NCBI GenBank assembly: GCA_964561455.1
Contig: CAZLPS010000001.1
Location: 48,977-112,976, forward strand
DNA length: 64,000 bases
Source of the DNA: an uncultured Opitutales bacterium
GTDB taxonomy: Bacteria > Verrucomicrobiota > Verrucomicrobiia > Opitutales > JABDGR01
Direction: 5' to 3'
The translations under genes and the position numbers were made by a program. The notes beneath the pieces are model-generated. The model saw only the letters and a list, made by a program, of their open reading frames with translations. It did not search any database and had not been told where the DNA came from. The number at the start of each line of letters is the position of its first letter. Within the stretch, counting starts at the first letter, position 1. Of this stretch, positions 1 through 8,213 are shown piece by piece.

Positions 1-927
1 TTTTTACCCGGGAGCATCTACGTCAGCCCGACGGGTATCACCTTTGGCAAGGAGCAGGGCCATCCCCCGTTGTGGCCCGTCGCCGCGGATGATTACGCCC
101 GGCAGCAAAAAGATCCGGCGGTCCTCGCCACCTGTTTCGAGCCTCTGGTCCGGCAAATTCACTGGTTTGAAACCAACCGCAAGGCCGAAGGGGAAGGCGC
201 ATACTATGCCGATATCCTCACCGGCAAGTGGGAAAGTGGCGTGGACGAAGGCGTCCGCTTTACCGGCGTTACGGCCGGGAATCGCGCCTTTGTGGACGCC
301 ACCGCGCATTTATATCAGATGTATGCCCTGGCGGCGGCTTGGGCTAAAACGCTGGGCAAATCCGCCGAAACGCTGGACGCCCGCGCCACCACTTTGCGGG
401 ATTTCCTGCGCACCAAACTTTATGTCGAGACCACCGGACTTTTTCACGACCTCTGGGCCGTGGAGAATCCCGCCCAGCGCATCGTCACCTTTGAAGGCCT
501 CTGGCCGATGATTGTCGGCGCCGCCACCCCCCAGCAGGCGACCCGCATCGTGGAGGGCAGCCTGTTAAATCCCGACCGGTTTCTCTGCGCCCATCCCATC
601 GCCACCGTCGGCCTGAAGGAAAAGGCGTTCGAACTGCGCATGTGGCGCGGCCCCGCGTGGAATTCCATGACCTACTGGGCCGCCCGGGGAGCGTTGCGCT
701 ACGGCTTCAAGGCCGCCGCCAAGACCATACTCGAATGGGCGCTCGATGACACTGCGGCCCAATTCGCCCGCACGGGCACCATTTGGGAGTTTTACAGCCC
801 TTCCGGGGGCAAGCCCGAAGAACTCCGCCGGAAACTGGTCAATCAGCGGTGGACCAATCCCTGTCGGGACTACCTCGGCCACAATCCGCTTTTCGCCATG
901 GCGCGCCTTTGGCAGGATGCCGGTTAA
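1..927 (+). CDS. Glycoside hydrolase, GH63/MGH1-like (alpha/alpha)6 catalytic C-terminal part; 5'-truncated by window edge
   Basis: Frame is open from base 1; motifs MWRGPAWNSMTYW, ALRYGF, TGTIWEFYSP typical of trehalase/mannosylglycerate-hydrolase-like enzymes. Confidence 0.7.
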   Translation, partial: FLPGSIYVSPTGITFGKEQGHPPLWPVAADDYARQQKDPAVLATCFEPLVRQIHWFETNRKAEGEGAYYADILTGKWESGVDEGVRFTGVTAGNRAFVDATAHLYQMYALAAAWAKTLGKSAETLDARATTLRDFLRTKLYVETTGLFHDLWAVENPAQRIVTFEGLWPMIVGAATPQQATRIVEGSLLNPDRFLCAHPIATVGLKEKAFELRMWRGPAWNSMTYWAARGALRYGFKAAAKTILEWALDDTAAQFARTGTIWEFYSPSGGKPEELRRKLVNQRWTNPCRDYLGHNPLFAMARLWQDAG

Positions 928-991
928 GATGTAATACGGCCAAGCGGAAAATAGATCTCTCATTGCCGGTTACTCTGCTTTTGTCTTGGCG

Positions 992-1083
992 CACGCGAAG
1001 CCGGGAAGGCACGAAGCAATCTTGACCAATCCGGTGTCTGACGCGCATTAGTTCATCCCTTCGCGTTTTCGCGTCTTCGCGTG
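992..1083. repeat. Inverted pair of 8-nt-period triplet repeats (REP-like)
   Basis: 992-1016 CACGCGAAGCCGGGAAGGCACGAAG vs reverse complement of 1059-1083 CACGCGAAGACGCGAAAACGCGAAG (20/25), 42-nt spacer, between convergent genes. Confidence 0.75.
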
Positions 1084-1181
1084 AATAAGAATTGACGGAA
1101 TTTAACCTTGGGACGCGCTTCCGGTGCCCTTAAATCTCTCGCCCAATCCGGCGCCAGTGATTTAAAAAACTCATTCCCCTC

Positions 1182-2048
1182 TCAATCAAACACCATCGTC
1201 TTATTCCCATTCACAATAATGCGATTCTCCAAATGCCAGCGGACAGCTTGGGCGAGGACGACTTTTTCGAGGTCGCGGCCGAAGCGCTGGAGGTCGTCCA
1301 CGTCATGGCGGTGGGAGACATGGCTGACATCTTGCGCGATGATGGGGCCATCGTCGAGAATGGGCGTGACGTAGTGCGCCGTAGCCCCGATGATTTTCAC
1401 GCCGCGGGCATGGGCTTGGTGGTAGGGCTTGGCTCCGGCGAAGGCGGGCAAGAAGCTGTGGTGGATGTTAATGATGGGCACACCGCATTGGGCCAGGAAC
1501 TCGGGGCTCAAAATCTGCATGTAGCGGGCCAGTACTACCAGGCCGATGCCCTGCTCGCGCAAGATTTTCAATTGCCGCTTTTCAACTGCTGCTTTGTTTT
1601 TGGGGGAGACAGGAATGAGGAAGAACCGCAGGCCGTAGTGTTCAGCGCTCAAGGCCAAGTCGTCATGGTTGGCGATGACACAGGCCAGTTCACCCCGCAT
1701 TTCCCCGGAGCGGAAACGCAAAATCAGGTCATGGAAGCAATGGCCAGCCTTCGAGGCGAAGATGGCGACACGCGGGCGGGCCGTGGAAGCCATCACCCGG
1801 GCAGTCATGCCGAGTTTTTGGGCGGCGTAGTCTTGGAAGGCGGCGGCCTCGGCGGCGGGGTCGTGCTTGGCGGCCGGGACCCATTCGACGCGTTGAAAAA
1901 AAACATTGGCGTCGCCATCACGATGTTGGTCGGCGTGGAGAATGTTGCCGCCGCGTTCGAAAATCCAGTTGGCGGTGTGCGCGACGAGGCCGGGGCGGTC
2001 GGGGCCGGCGAGCAGGGCGGTGAGGCTGGCGGGGGGAGCGGAGGGCAT
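1182..2048 (-). CDS. purU: Formyltetrahydrofolate deformylase
   Basis: ACT-like N-terminus GPDRPGLVA, LVVLARYMQILS, INIHHSFLPAFAGAKPYHQAHARGVKIIGATAHYVT, LDDGPII; start set at ATG 2048 (MPSAPP). Confidence 0.95.
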   Translation of the reverse strand: MPSAPPASLTALLAGPDRPGLVAHTANWIFERGGNILHADQHRDGDANVFFQRVEWVPAAKHDPAAEAAAFQDYAAQKLGMTARVMASTARPRVAIFASKAGHCFHDLILRFRSGEMRGELACVIANHDDLALSAEHYGLRFFLIPVSPKNKAAVEKRQLKILREQGIGLVVLARYMQILSPEFLAQCGVPIINIHHSFLPAFAGAKPYHQAHARGVKIIGATAHYVTPILDDGPIIAQDVSHVSHRHDVDDLQRFGRDLEKVVLAQAVRWHLENRIIVNGNKTMVFD

Positions 2049-2051
2049 GTG

Positions 2052-2145
2052 GGAATTAAGAATTAAGAAATTGGGAGGCAGGAGGCGGGAGGCAGGATTT
2101 GAGATTTGAAATTTGTGATTTGAGATGGAGGGGAATTGAGATGGG
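2052..2145. repeat. Stack of three different heptamer tandem repeats directly upstream of the purU start
   Basis: GAATTAA x2-3, GGAGGC(A/G) x3, TTTG(A/T)(G/A)A x4, read directly. Confidence 0.75.
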
Positions 2146-2259
2146 AAAAGGGATGCGAAAAATAGGCTTTGGCGGGGGGATAGGCAAGCTTGCAACGACT
2201 GGAATGGGGGCCGGTATTTTTCATTTACCATTGGTTATTTTGCTGTATATTAACTCTTT

Positions 2260-4260
2260 ATGCCTGCGCCCGAAGACTTGGGGTTTCTGCGCGTGGCGGT
2301 TGCCGCGCCGGAATTGCGTGTGGCCGATGTGGCGTTTAACGCCCGGGCCACGGCTGCTGCCATGCGTGAGTTGGCCGCTCAGGGCGTGCGGATTGCCGTC
2401 TTTCCCGAATTGGGACTGACGGGTTACACCTGCGCGGATCTTTTTTACCAGCCCACCTTGCGCCACGCCGCAGGCCAGGCGGCCCGCGAACTGGCGGAGA
2501 CGGCGCACGCCCTGGGTCTGATTGCCTTTGTCGGCCTGCCAGTCGAGGCAGCGGGGCGGTTATATAACTGCGCGGCGGTGCTCGCCGAGGGGCGCGTATG
2601 GGGGCTGACGCCGAAGAGTTACCTTCCGACCTCGGGTGAGTATTACGAGCGGCGCTGGTTTTCCCCCGCCGCCACTTTGGAAACCGACCAAGCGGATGTC
2701 GCCGGGCAGTGGGCGTGGATTTCGACGCGCCACATCCTGGGCGTGCGCGGGCCGGTGCCGTTTGCGCTGGGCGTGGAAATTTGTGAAGATCTTTGGGCCG
2801 TCGAGCCTCCCAGCGGAAAGCTGGCGCTGGCGGGCGCGACGGTGCTGGTCAATTTGTCGGCGAGCAATGAATTGCTGGGCAAAGCGGAATACCGGCGTGA
2901 TTTGGTGAAACAGCAATCGGCGCGCTGCCTGGCGGCGTATCTCTACGCCGCCGCCGGCCCAGGCGAATCGAGCACGGATTTGGTGTTTTCGGGCCATGGG
3001 CTCATCGCCGAGAACGGCGTGGTGCTCGGCGAGACCGAGCGGTTTTCCTTCGAAACGCGGGCGGCCGTGGCGGATTTGGATCTTGAACGCCTGACTTTGG
3101 AACGCATCAAGAATAGCAGTTTCGCCTCGGTGCGGCCGGGTGCCGATCCGAAGATTGGTGAGGCGTGGATTGAATTACCCCCGGCGCCGGCCATCGGGCG
3201 CAAGTCCCCGGCAAAATTACGCCGGCCCAATCCGCCGCGTCCCTTTGTCCCGGATGGCGTCGAGCAACGCGCCGCGCGGTGTGAGGAAATTTTCCAGATC
3301 CAGTCTACCGGCCTTGCCACGCGCCTCCGTCACACGGGGTCGAAGACGGTGACCATCGGTGTCTCCGGCGGGCTGGATTCAACTCTGGCGTTGCTGGTGG
3401 TGGCGCGGGCGTTTGACAAACTGGGCCTCGACCGGCACGGCATTATTGGGGTGACCATGCCCGGGCCGGGGACGACGAAGCGGACTTATGCCAACGCGGA
3501 TAAACTGGTCACCTTGCTTGGCGCGACCTTGCGGGTGGTGCCGATTGCCAAAGCGGTAAAGCAGCATTTTGCGGACATCGGCCATGATGAGGCGACCCAC
3601 GATATCACCTTCGAAAACTCGCAAGCGCGCGAACGCACCCAGATTCTGATGGATTTGGCCAATGAGCACCGCGGTTTTGTCGTGGGCACGGGCGATTTGT
3701 CCGAGTTCGCCTTGGGTTGGTGCACGTTCGACGGCGATCATATGTCCATGTACCACGTGAATGCCGGCGTGCCAAAGACCCTCGTGCGGCATTTGATTAT
3801 TTGGTGCGCCGAAGCCTTGTACCAGGGCGACGCTTCGAAGTTGCTGTGGGATATTTCCGAAACTCCCGTGTCGCCGGAGTTGCTGCCGCCGCACAAAAAT
3901 GGTCATGTGCGCCAAAAGACCGAGGAAATCGTCGGGCCCTACGATCTGCACGATTTTTTCCTGTTTTACACCGTGCGGGTGCCCGCTCGGCCGGCGAAGG
4001 TGTTATTGCTGGCGGAGCAGGCCTGGAGCGGCGTGTATTCCCGCGCAACCATCGGGCGCTGGTTGGAAGTGTTTTACCGGCGCTTCTTTGCCCATCAGTT
4101 CAAGCGCTCCTCCATGCCCGACGGGCCGAAGGTGGGCTCGGTGGCGTTGTCGCCGCGCGGGGACTGGCGGATGCCGAGTGACGCGCGGCCGGATGTGTGG
4201 CTGGCGGAACTGGCGGCGGCGATGAAGAAGAAGTCGCTTAACCACAAAAAACGCAAGTAA
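2260..4260 (+). CDS. nadE: Glutamine-dependent NAD+ synthetase
   Basis: Nitrilase domain (VFPEL, PKSYLP, EICEDLW) fused to synthetase domain ([42 protein letters not shown]). Confidence 0.96.
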   Translation: MPAPEDLGFLRVAVAAPELRVADVAFNARATAAAMRELAAQGVRIAVFPELGLTGYTCADLFYQPTLRHAAGQAARELAETAHALGLIAFVGLPVEAAGRLYNCAAVLAEGRVWGLTPKSYLPTSGEYYERRWFSPAATLETDQADVAGQWAWISTRHILGVRGPVPFALGVEICEDLWAVEPPSGKLALAGATVLVNLSASNELLGKAEYRRDLVKQQSARCLAAYLYAAAGPGESSTDLVFSGHGLIAENGVVLGETERFSFETRAAVADLDLERLTLERIKNSSFASVRPGADPKIGEAWIELPPAPAIGRKSPAKLRRPNPPRPFVPDGVEQRAARCEEIFQIQSTGLATRLRHTGSKTVTIGVSGGLDSTLALLVVARAFDKLGLDRHGIIGVTMPGPGTTKRTYANADKLVTLLGATLRVVPIAKAVKQHFADIGHDEATHDITFENSQARERTQILMDLANEHRGFVVGTGDLSEFALGWCTFDGDHMSMYHVNAGVPKTLVRHLIIWCAEALYQGDASKLLWDISETPVSPELLPPHKNGHVRQKTEEIVGPYDLHDFFLFYTVRVPARPAKVLLLAEQAWSGVYSRATIGRWLEVFYRRFFAHQFKRSSMPDGPKVGSVALSPRGDWRMPSDARPDVWLAELAAAMKKKSLNHKKRK

Positions 4261-4299
4261 CGCAGAAGGTTGTTTTGAGTTTCATGCGTTTTTTGCGGT
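4241..4299. repeat. Inverted pair of 9-nt-period triplet repeats forming a hairpin that overlaps the nadE 3' end
   Basis: 4241-4267 ACCACAAAAAACGCAAGTAACGCAGAA vs reverse complement of 4273-4299 ACCGCAAAAAACGCATGAAACTCAAAA (22/27), 5-nt loop. Confidence 0.75.
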
Positions 4300-4311
4300 A
4301 GAAATTTCACT

Positions 4312-4857
4312 ATGTCACGAGCTGCTTTGTTTTTGGACCGGGATGGAACGCTAATCCGGCACGTGCATTATTTGCATAAGCCGGCAGAGGTGGAACTGTT
4401 GCCGGGAGTGACGGCGGCGCTGGCCAAGGCGAAACAATTGGGCTATCTCCTTTTCTTGCACACGAATCAATCCGGGGTGGGGCGGGGGATGTTTCCGTTC
4501 GAAGATGCGGTGGCCTGCAATAGCCGCATGATCGAGTTGATGGGCCTCGGCCCGGACTTGTTTGCGGACATTTGCGTTGCGCCCGAGTCGCCCACCCAGC
4601 CCGTGATTTACCGAAAGCCCTCGTCCCGGTTTGCGCGCGAAATGGCAGTGAAGCATGGGTTGGACCTGCCTCGCTGCTGGATGGTCGGCGATTACCCGGC
4701 CGACGTGGAAACGGCCTTTGCCGCCGGCATGCAGGCGGCGGCGCTGGTGGGCGGTCCGTTGGGCGATGAACAGATTTCAACCTGGCGCGCGGCGGGTCGG
4801 GATGTAAAACTTTTTCCTTCACTGGCGGCGGTGGTGAATATCCTGGAACCCGCGTGA
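4312..4857 (+). CDS. gmhB: HAD-IIIA phosphatase, D,D-heptose-1,7-bisphosphate phosphatase (GmhB)-like
   Basis: FLDRDGTLI, TNQSGVGRG, RKP, WMVGD motifs. Confidence 0.75.
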   Translation: MSRAALFLDRDGTLIRHVHYLHKPAEVELLPGVTAALAKAKQLGYLLFLHTNQSGVGRGMFPFEDAVACNSRMIELMGLGPDLFADICVAPESPTQPVIYRKPSSRFAREMAVKHGLDLPRCWMVGDYPADVETAFAAGMQAAALVGGPLGDEQISTWRAAGRDVKLFPSLAAVVNILEPA

Positions 4858-4882
4858 GCCCGCCGGGGTTAGTTTTATTGTC

Positions 4883-5731
4883 ATGAATCCCCGATTGCGC
4901 GAATTTCTGCGGGTGCCTCCCTTGCGCAAATGGGTGATCTTGGTTTTGCGAATGCTTTTGCTGGGTTACCTCGCCTTGGTTTTTGTCGGCGCGGTGCTGA
5001 TCAATCCACTGCTCTTTCATCCGCCCGGCCACCAGGCGGAATTGCGCGGGCAGGTGAAACTACACACCGCGGACGGCAATGACATCACCGGGTTGTATTT
5101 GCCCAATCCACAAGCGGCCTACGTGCTGTTGTTCAGCTACGGCAATGGTGAAGACATGGTCGCGGACCGTGATTTCTTGCAGGATTTCCTTTCCCACGGC
5201 TGGGCGGTGATGGCCTACGATTATCCGGGATACGGTACCAGTTCGGGCAAGCCCAGCGAGGCTGGTTGCGATGCCGCCATTGACGCCGCCTACGCCTACC
5301 TCACCGGTGAAAAACATATTCCGCCTGAACATATTGTGCTCTATGGCCGATCCCTGGGCAGCGGGCCGGCGGTGGACTTGGCCAGCCGGAAACCGGTTGG
5401 CGGGCTCATTCTCCAAAGCGCTTATACAAGCATTTTCCGGGTGGTGACGCATTACCGCATTTTGCCCTGGGAGGTTTTCAACAACATTGCGAAAATCTCC
5501 TCAATCCACGCGCCGCTGCTTTCCATCCATGGCACCGACGACCATGTGGTGCCCTTCTGGCATGGCCAGGCGCTTTTCGACGCCCACCCGGGGCCCAAGC
5601 AGTATCTCTGGGTGCCCGGCGCCGATCACAATAACCTCGTGGAAATGGCAGGGGGAACGCTGTGGACGGCGCTGGAGGCGTTTCGGCGGAGTTTGCCGTT
5701 GAGTAAGGGAGTAATTTCCATGGGTCAATAA
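4883..5731 (+). CDS. Alpha/beta hydrolase with N-terminal membrane anchor
   Basis: GNGED, YDYPGYG, nucleophile elbow GRSLG, IHGTDD..VP, GADHN. Confidence 0.88.
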   Translation: MNPRLREFLRVPPLRKWVILVLRMLLLGYLALVFVGAVLINPLLFHPPGHQAELRGQVKLHTADGNDITGLYLPNPQAAYVLLFSYGNGEDMVADRDFLQDFLSHGWAVMAYDYPGYGTSSGKPSEAGCDAAIDAAYAYLTGEKHIPPEHIVLYGRSLGSGPAVDLASRKPVGGLILQSAYTSIFRVVTHYRILPWEVFNNIAKISSIHAPLLSIHGTDDHVVPFWHGQALFDAHPGPKQYLWVPGADHNNLVEMAGGTLWTALEAFRRSLPLSKGVISMGQ

Positions 5732-5976
5732 CGTCGGACGTCCATTATTCGAACTTACTTGATCGCGTGGTCGGACCAATAAACGATGCGGAAGTGGTCG
5801 GTGAAGGTGACTTCGTTGCGTCGGCCAAGTTCATCGATTACGGTTTCTCCCTCGCTGCGTCCCGGATCGTGAGCGAGAGCGCCAAAAAAATCGAGCAGTT
5901 CCTAGCGATCGGAATCATCCAGCGGCAAAAGCGCCCTGGCTGCCCCTTCGTCTAAAATGTAGGCGTAACGCACCAT
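5725..5976 (-). pseudogene. Putative RelE/ParE-like toxin gene with two in-frame stops (absent from ORF track)
   Basis: Manual translation MVRYAYILDEGAARALLPLDDSDR*ELLDFFGALAHDPGRSEGETVIDELGRRNEVTFTDHFRIVYWSDHAIK*VRIMDVRRY; TAG at 5902-5904, TAA at 5755-5757; ATG overlaps the upstream TGA (TGATG). Confidence 0.65.
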
Positions 5977-6191
5977 CAGGAACGCGAGATGGAGGGCTTG
6001 GTCGCAAGAATCCGGGCCAACTCGGCTTCGGAGATCTCTCGCCCGGAATCCATGTCGCGATGCCGGGCCGCCAATTCCTGGCGGAATTCCGGCGAATGGG
6101 TGTTGTGCAGCGTGGCGAGAAACCTGGCCACATCCGCCTGCTCCGCAGGGGTCATTTTCACCAATTGCGTTTGGATTTCCTTAACGCTCAT
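5976..6191 (-). CDS. Small putative antitoxin (addiction-module component-like)
   Basis: 71 aa helical protein (MSVKEIQTQLVKMTPAEQADVARFL...DMDSGREIS) with a clear promoter, translationally coupled to a toxin-like frame. Confidence 0.6.
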   Translation of the reverse strand: MSVKEIQTQLVKMTPAEQADVARFLATLHNTHSPEFRQELAARHRDMDSGREISEAELARILATKPSISRS

Positions 6192-6197
6192 GGGTTC

Positions 6198-6226
6198 ATA
6201 TTAGACAACCCCAGGCGGCCGGTCAA
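6198..6226 (-). promoter_or_regulatory. Sigma70-type promoter of the antitoxin gene, probably leaderless
   Basis: Minus strand TTGACC-17nt-TAATAT, 6 nt before the ATG at 6191. Confidence 0.65.
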
Positions 6227-6239
6227 GGCGGCAAAATAG

Positions 6240-6282
6240 TTGTTCATTTTTTCTTGAACAAACCCTGAGCCCATGGCATTTT
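6240..6282 (+). promoter_or_regulatory. Palindromic operator overlapping the promoter of the GbsR/MarR-type regulator
   Basis: Perfect inverted repeat TTGTTCA-N8-TGAACAA (6240-6261) overlapping TTGAAC(6254)-17nt-CATTTT(6277). Confidence 0.55.
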
Positions 6283-6311
6283 GAGGGTGATTTAACCCCC
6301 ATTTCCCACCC

Positions 6312-6896
6312 ATGCGCCTTGCTCTTTTTTCAGGTCGCCGGAAGGCCCCCTCCGCCAATGGCCGGGCCGTGACGGGACATCTGCCGGCGCCGACGCCGCC
6401 GGAGGGGCCGATCAGCACCAAACCATTGAACGCCTCCGAGCGCGAGTTGGTGGAATGGTTTGTGGATTTTACCGCGCTGATGGGCGTGCCGGCATCCGTG
6501 GGCCAGATTTACGGGCTGCTGTATTTGTCGGGCCGGCCATTGCCGTTTGACAATTTTGTGGACCGGCTGGGCATCAGCAAGGGTTCATCCAGCCAGGGCC
6601 TGAAGTTTTTGCGTGATTTGGGGGCGGTGCGGGTCGTCAGCGTGGCCGGCGACCGGCGGGAATATTATGAGGCTGAAATCAGCCCGACCCGCCTCGTGGC
6701 CGGATTTTTGAAGGAGAAAGTCCAGCCGCGCTTGAAGGCCAGCGACGAACGCCTCGCGCGACTCAAAAAAACCCTCGCCCAGATGGAGTCCGTGGACCCG
6801 CTGCTGGAGGAACGCGTGCACCGCCTGCACGTATGGAACCAGCGCGCGCGGCAATTCCTGCCGGTCGTGGCTGGCCTGGTGAAAATCCGGACATGA
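6312..6896 (+). CDS. GbsR/MarR-like winged-helix transcriptional regulator
   Basis: MGVPASVGQIYGLLYLSGRPL, LGISKGSSSQGLKFL, GDRREYYEAE. Confidence 0.8.
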   Translation: MRLALFSGRRKAPSANGRAVTGHLPAPTPPEGPISTKPLNASERELVEWFVDFTALMGVPASVGQIYGLLYLSGRPLPFDNFVDRLGISKGSSSQGLKFLRDLGAVRVVSVAGDRREYYEAEISPTRLVAGFLKEKVQPRLKASDERLARLKKTLAQMESVDPLLEERVHRLHVWNQRARQFLPVVAGLVKIRT

Positions 6897-7163
6897 AAAT
6901 CTTTTCGAAGTTTGATTCTTTCCCCGCAACCCCGCCCGCTGGCGGTTGAGCGGACATTCGCGCGCCCATGAGGGGCCGCCTCACATCATCCCTGGCCGTT
7001 TCAGTTGGCTTCCGCAAAAGCGGTGCGGCCAAGGGCGGCAGCGTGGAGAATTACGTAGAGCTGATCCTGCTTTCGCGGGACAGCGCTCGGGGAAAATATT
7101 CCCAGTGGGCAGATTAATGTACAACGCTACCTGGAAAGAACCCAGACTGACAGCCAAACGCCG

Positions 7164-7191
7164 TTGACGCACGGCCAACTGCGGATAATCT
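7164..7191 (+). promoter_or_regulatory. Putative sigma70 promoter at the head of the glycan locus
   Basis: TTGACG-16nt-TAATCT upstream of ATG 7208. Confidence 0.45.
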
Positions 7192-7207
7192 TTAACCCAC
7201 TATTCCC

Positions 7208-8164
7208 ATGCGCATTCTTGTCACCGGCGGAGCCGGCTTTTTAGGCAGTCATTTGTGCGAACGGCTTCTGGCTGACGGCCATGAGGTCGCGTGCCTTGAC
7301 AACCTGTTCACCGGACGCAAGTCCAACGTCGCCCACTTGATGGCGAACCCGCGGTTCGAGTTCATTCGCCACGACGTGGTGGATCCGTTCAAGATTGAGG
7401 TGGAGCAGATTTACAACCTCGCCTGCCCGGCGTCGCCGGTGCACTACCAGCACAATCCCATCAAAACGGTGAAAACGTCGGTGATGGGTGCGATCAATGT
7501 TCTGGGGCTCGCGAAAAGGGTGGGGGCGCGGGTTTTCCAAGCCTCGACCTCGGAAGTTTACGGCGACCCGGAAATCCATCCCCAGCCGGAAACCTATTGG
7601 GGCCACGTCAATCCCATCGGCATCCGCTCCTGTTATGACGAGGGCAAGCGCTGCGCCGAAACACTCTTTTTCGATTATCACCGGCAAAACAAAGTGGACA
7701 TCCGCGTCGTACGCATCTTCAACACCTACGGCCCGCGCATGTTGCCGAATGATGGGCGGGTTGTGTCGAATTTCATCGTCCAAGCCCTCAAGGGCGAGCC
7801 GATTACCATTTATGGCGAAGGGAAACAGACGCGCGCTTTTTGCTACGTGGACGATTTGATTGAAGGTTTCATCCGTATGATGAATCAGGACAAGGTTATT
7901 GGACCCGTTAATTTGGGCAATCCCGGCGAATTTACCATGATTGCACTCGCGGAGAAAATTCTGCGGGAGACCAAGAGCAAGTCGAAACTGGCTTTCAAAC
8001 CCCTCCCCAGCGACGACCCCAAGCAGCGCCGGCCAGACATTACGCTGGCAAAGAAGGCGCTCGGGTGGGAGCCGAAGACTCAACTGGACGCCGGGCTCAA
8101 GAAAACGGTCGCCTATTTTCGCGAACTCCTGAACGAGAAGTCAGAGGCCAAGAAGTCCAGGTAA
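7208..8164 (+). CDS. uxs: UDP-glucuronate decarboxylase (UDP-xylose synthase)
   Basis: [52 protein letters not shown]. Confidence 0.92.
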   Translation: MRILVTGGAGFLGSHLCERLLADGHEVACLDNLFTGRKSNVAHLMANPRFEFIRHDVVDPFKIEVEQIYNLACPASPVHYQHNPIKTVKTSVMGAINVLGLAKRVGARVFQASTSEVYGDPEIHPQPETYWGHVNPIGIRSCYDEGKRCAETLFFDYHRQNKVDIRVVRIFNTYGPRMLPNDGRVVSNFIVQALKGEPITIYGEGKQTRAFCYVDDLIEGFIRMMNQDKVIGPVNLGNPGEFTMIALAEKILRETKSKSKLAFKPLPSDDPKQRRPDITLAKKALGWEPKTQLDAGLKKTVAYFRELLNEKSEAKKSR

Positions 8165-8174
8165 GTATTGGAAG

Positions 8175-8210
8175 AACTAGGCACTAAAACACTAAGCACT
8201 AAAGCACTAC
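8175..8210. repeat. CACTAA(G/A) 7-8-nt tandem repeats directly upstream of the ugd start
   Basis: AACTAGG CACTAAAA CACTAAG CACTAAAG CACTAC then CCC ATG. Confidence 0.7.
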
Positions 8211-8213
8211 CCC

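Noticed and set aside
5755-5904. In-frame TAG/TAA as evidence of stop-codon reassignment
   Set aside because: TAG and TAA end many intact genes here (kdsD and pglC-like with TAG; nadE and gmd with TAA); pseudogenisation is simpler
7034-7045. GGCGGCAGCGTG resembles the RfaH ops element upstream of a long polysaccharide operon
   Set aside because: One mismatch in a GC-rich genome, no JUMPstart context, lies upstream of the best promoter candidate, and RfaH/ops is mainly gammaproteobacterial
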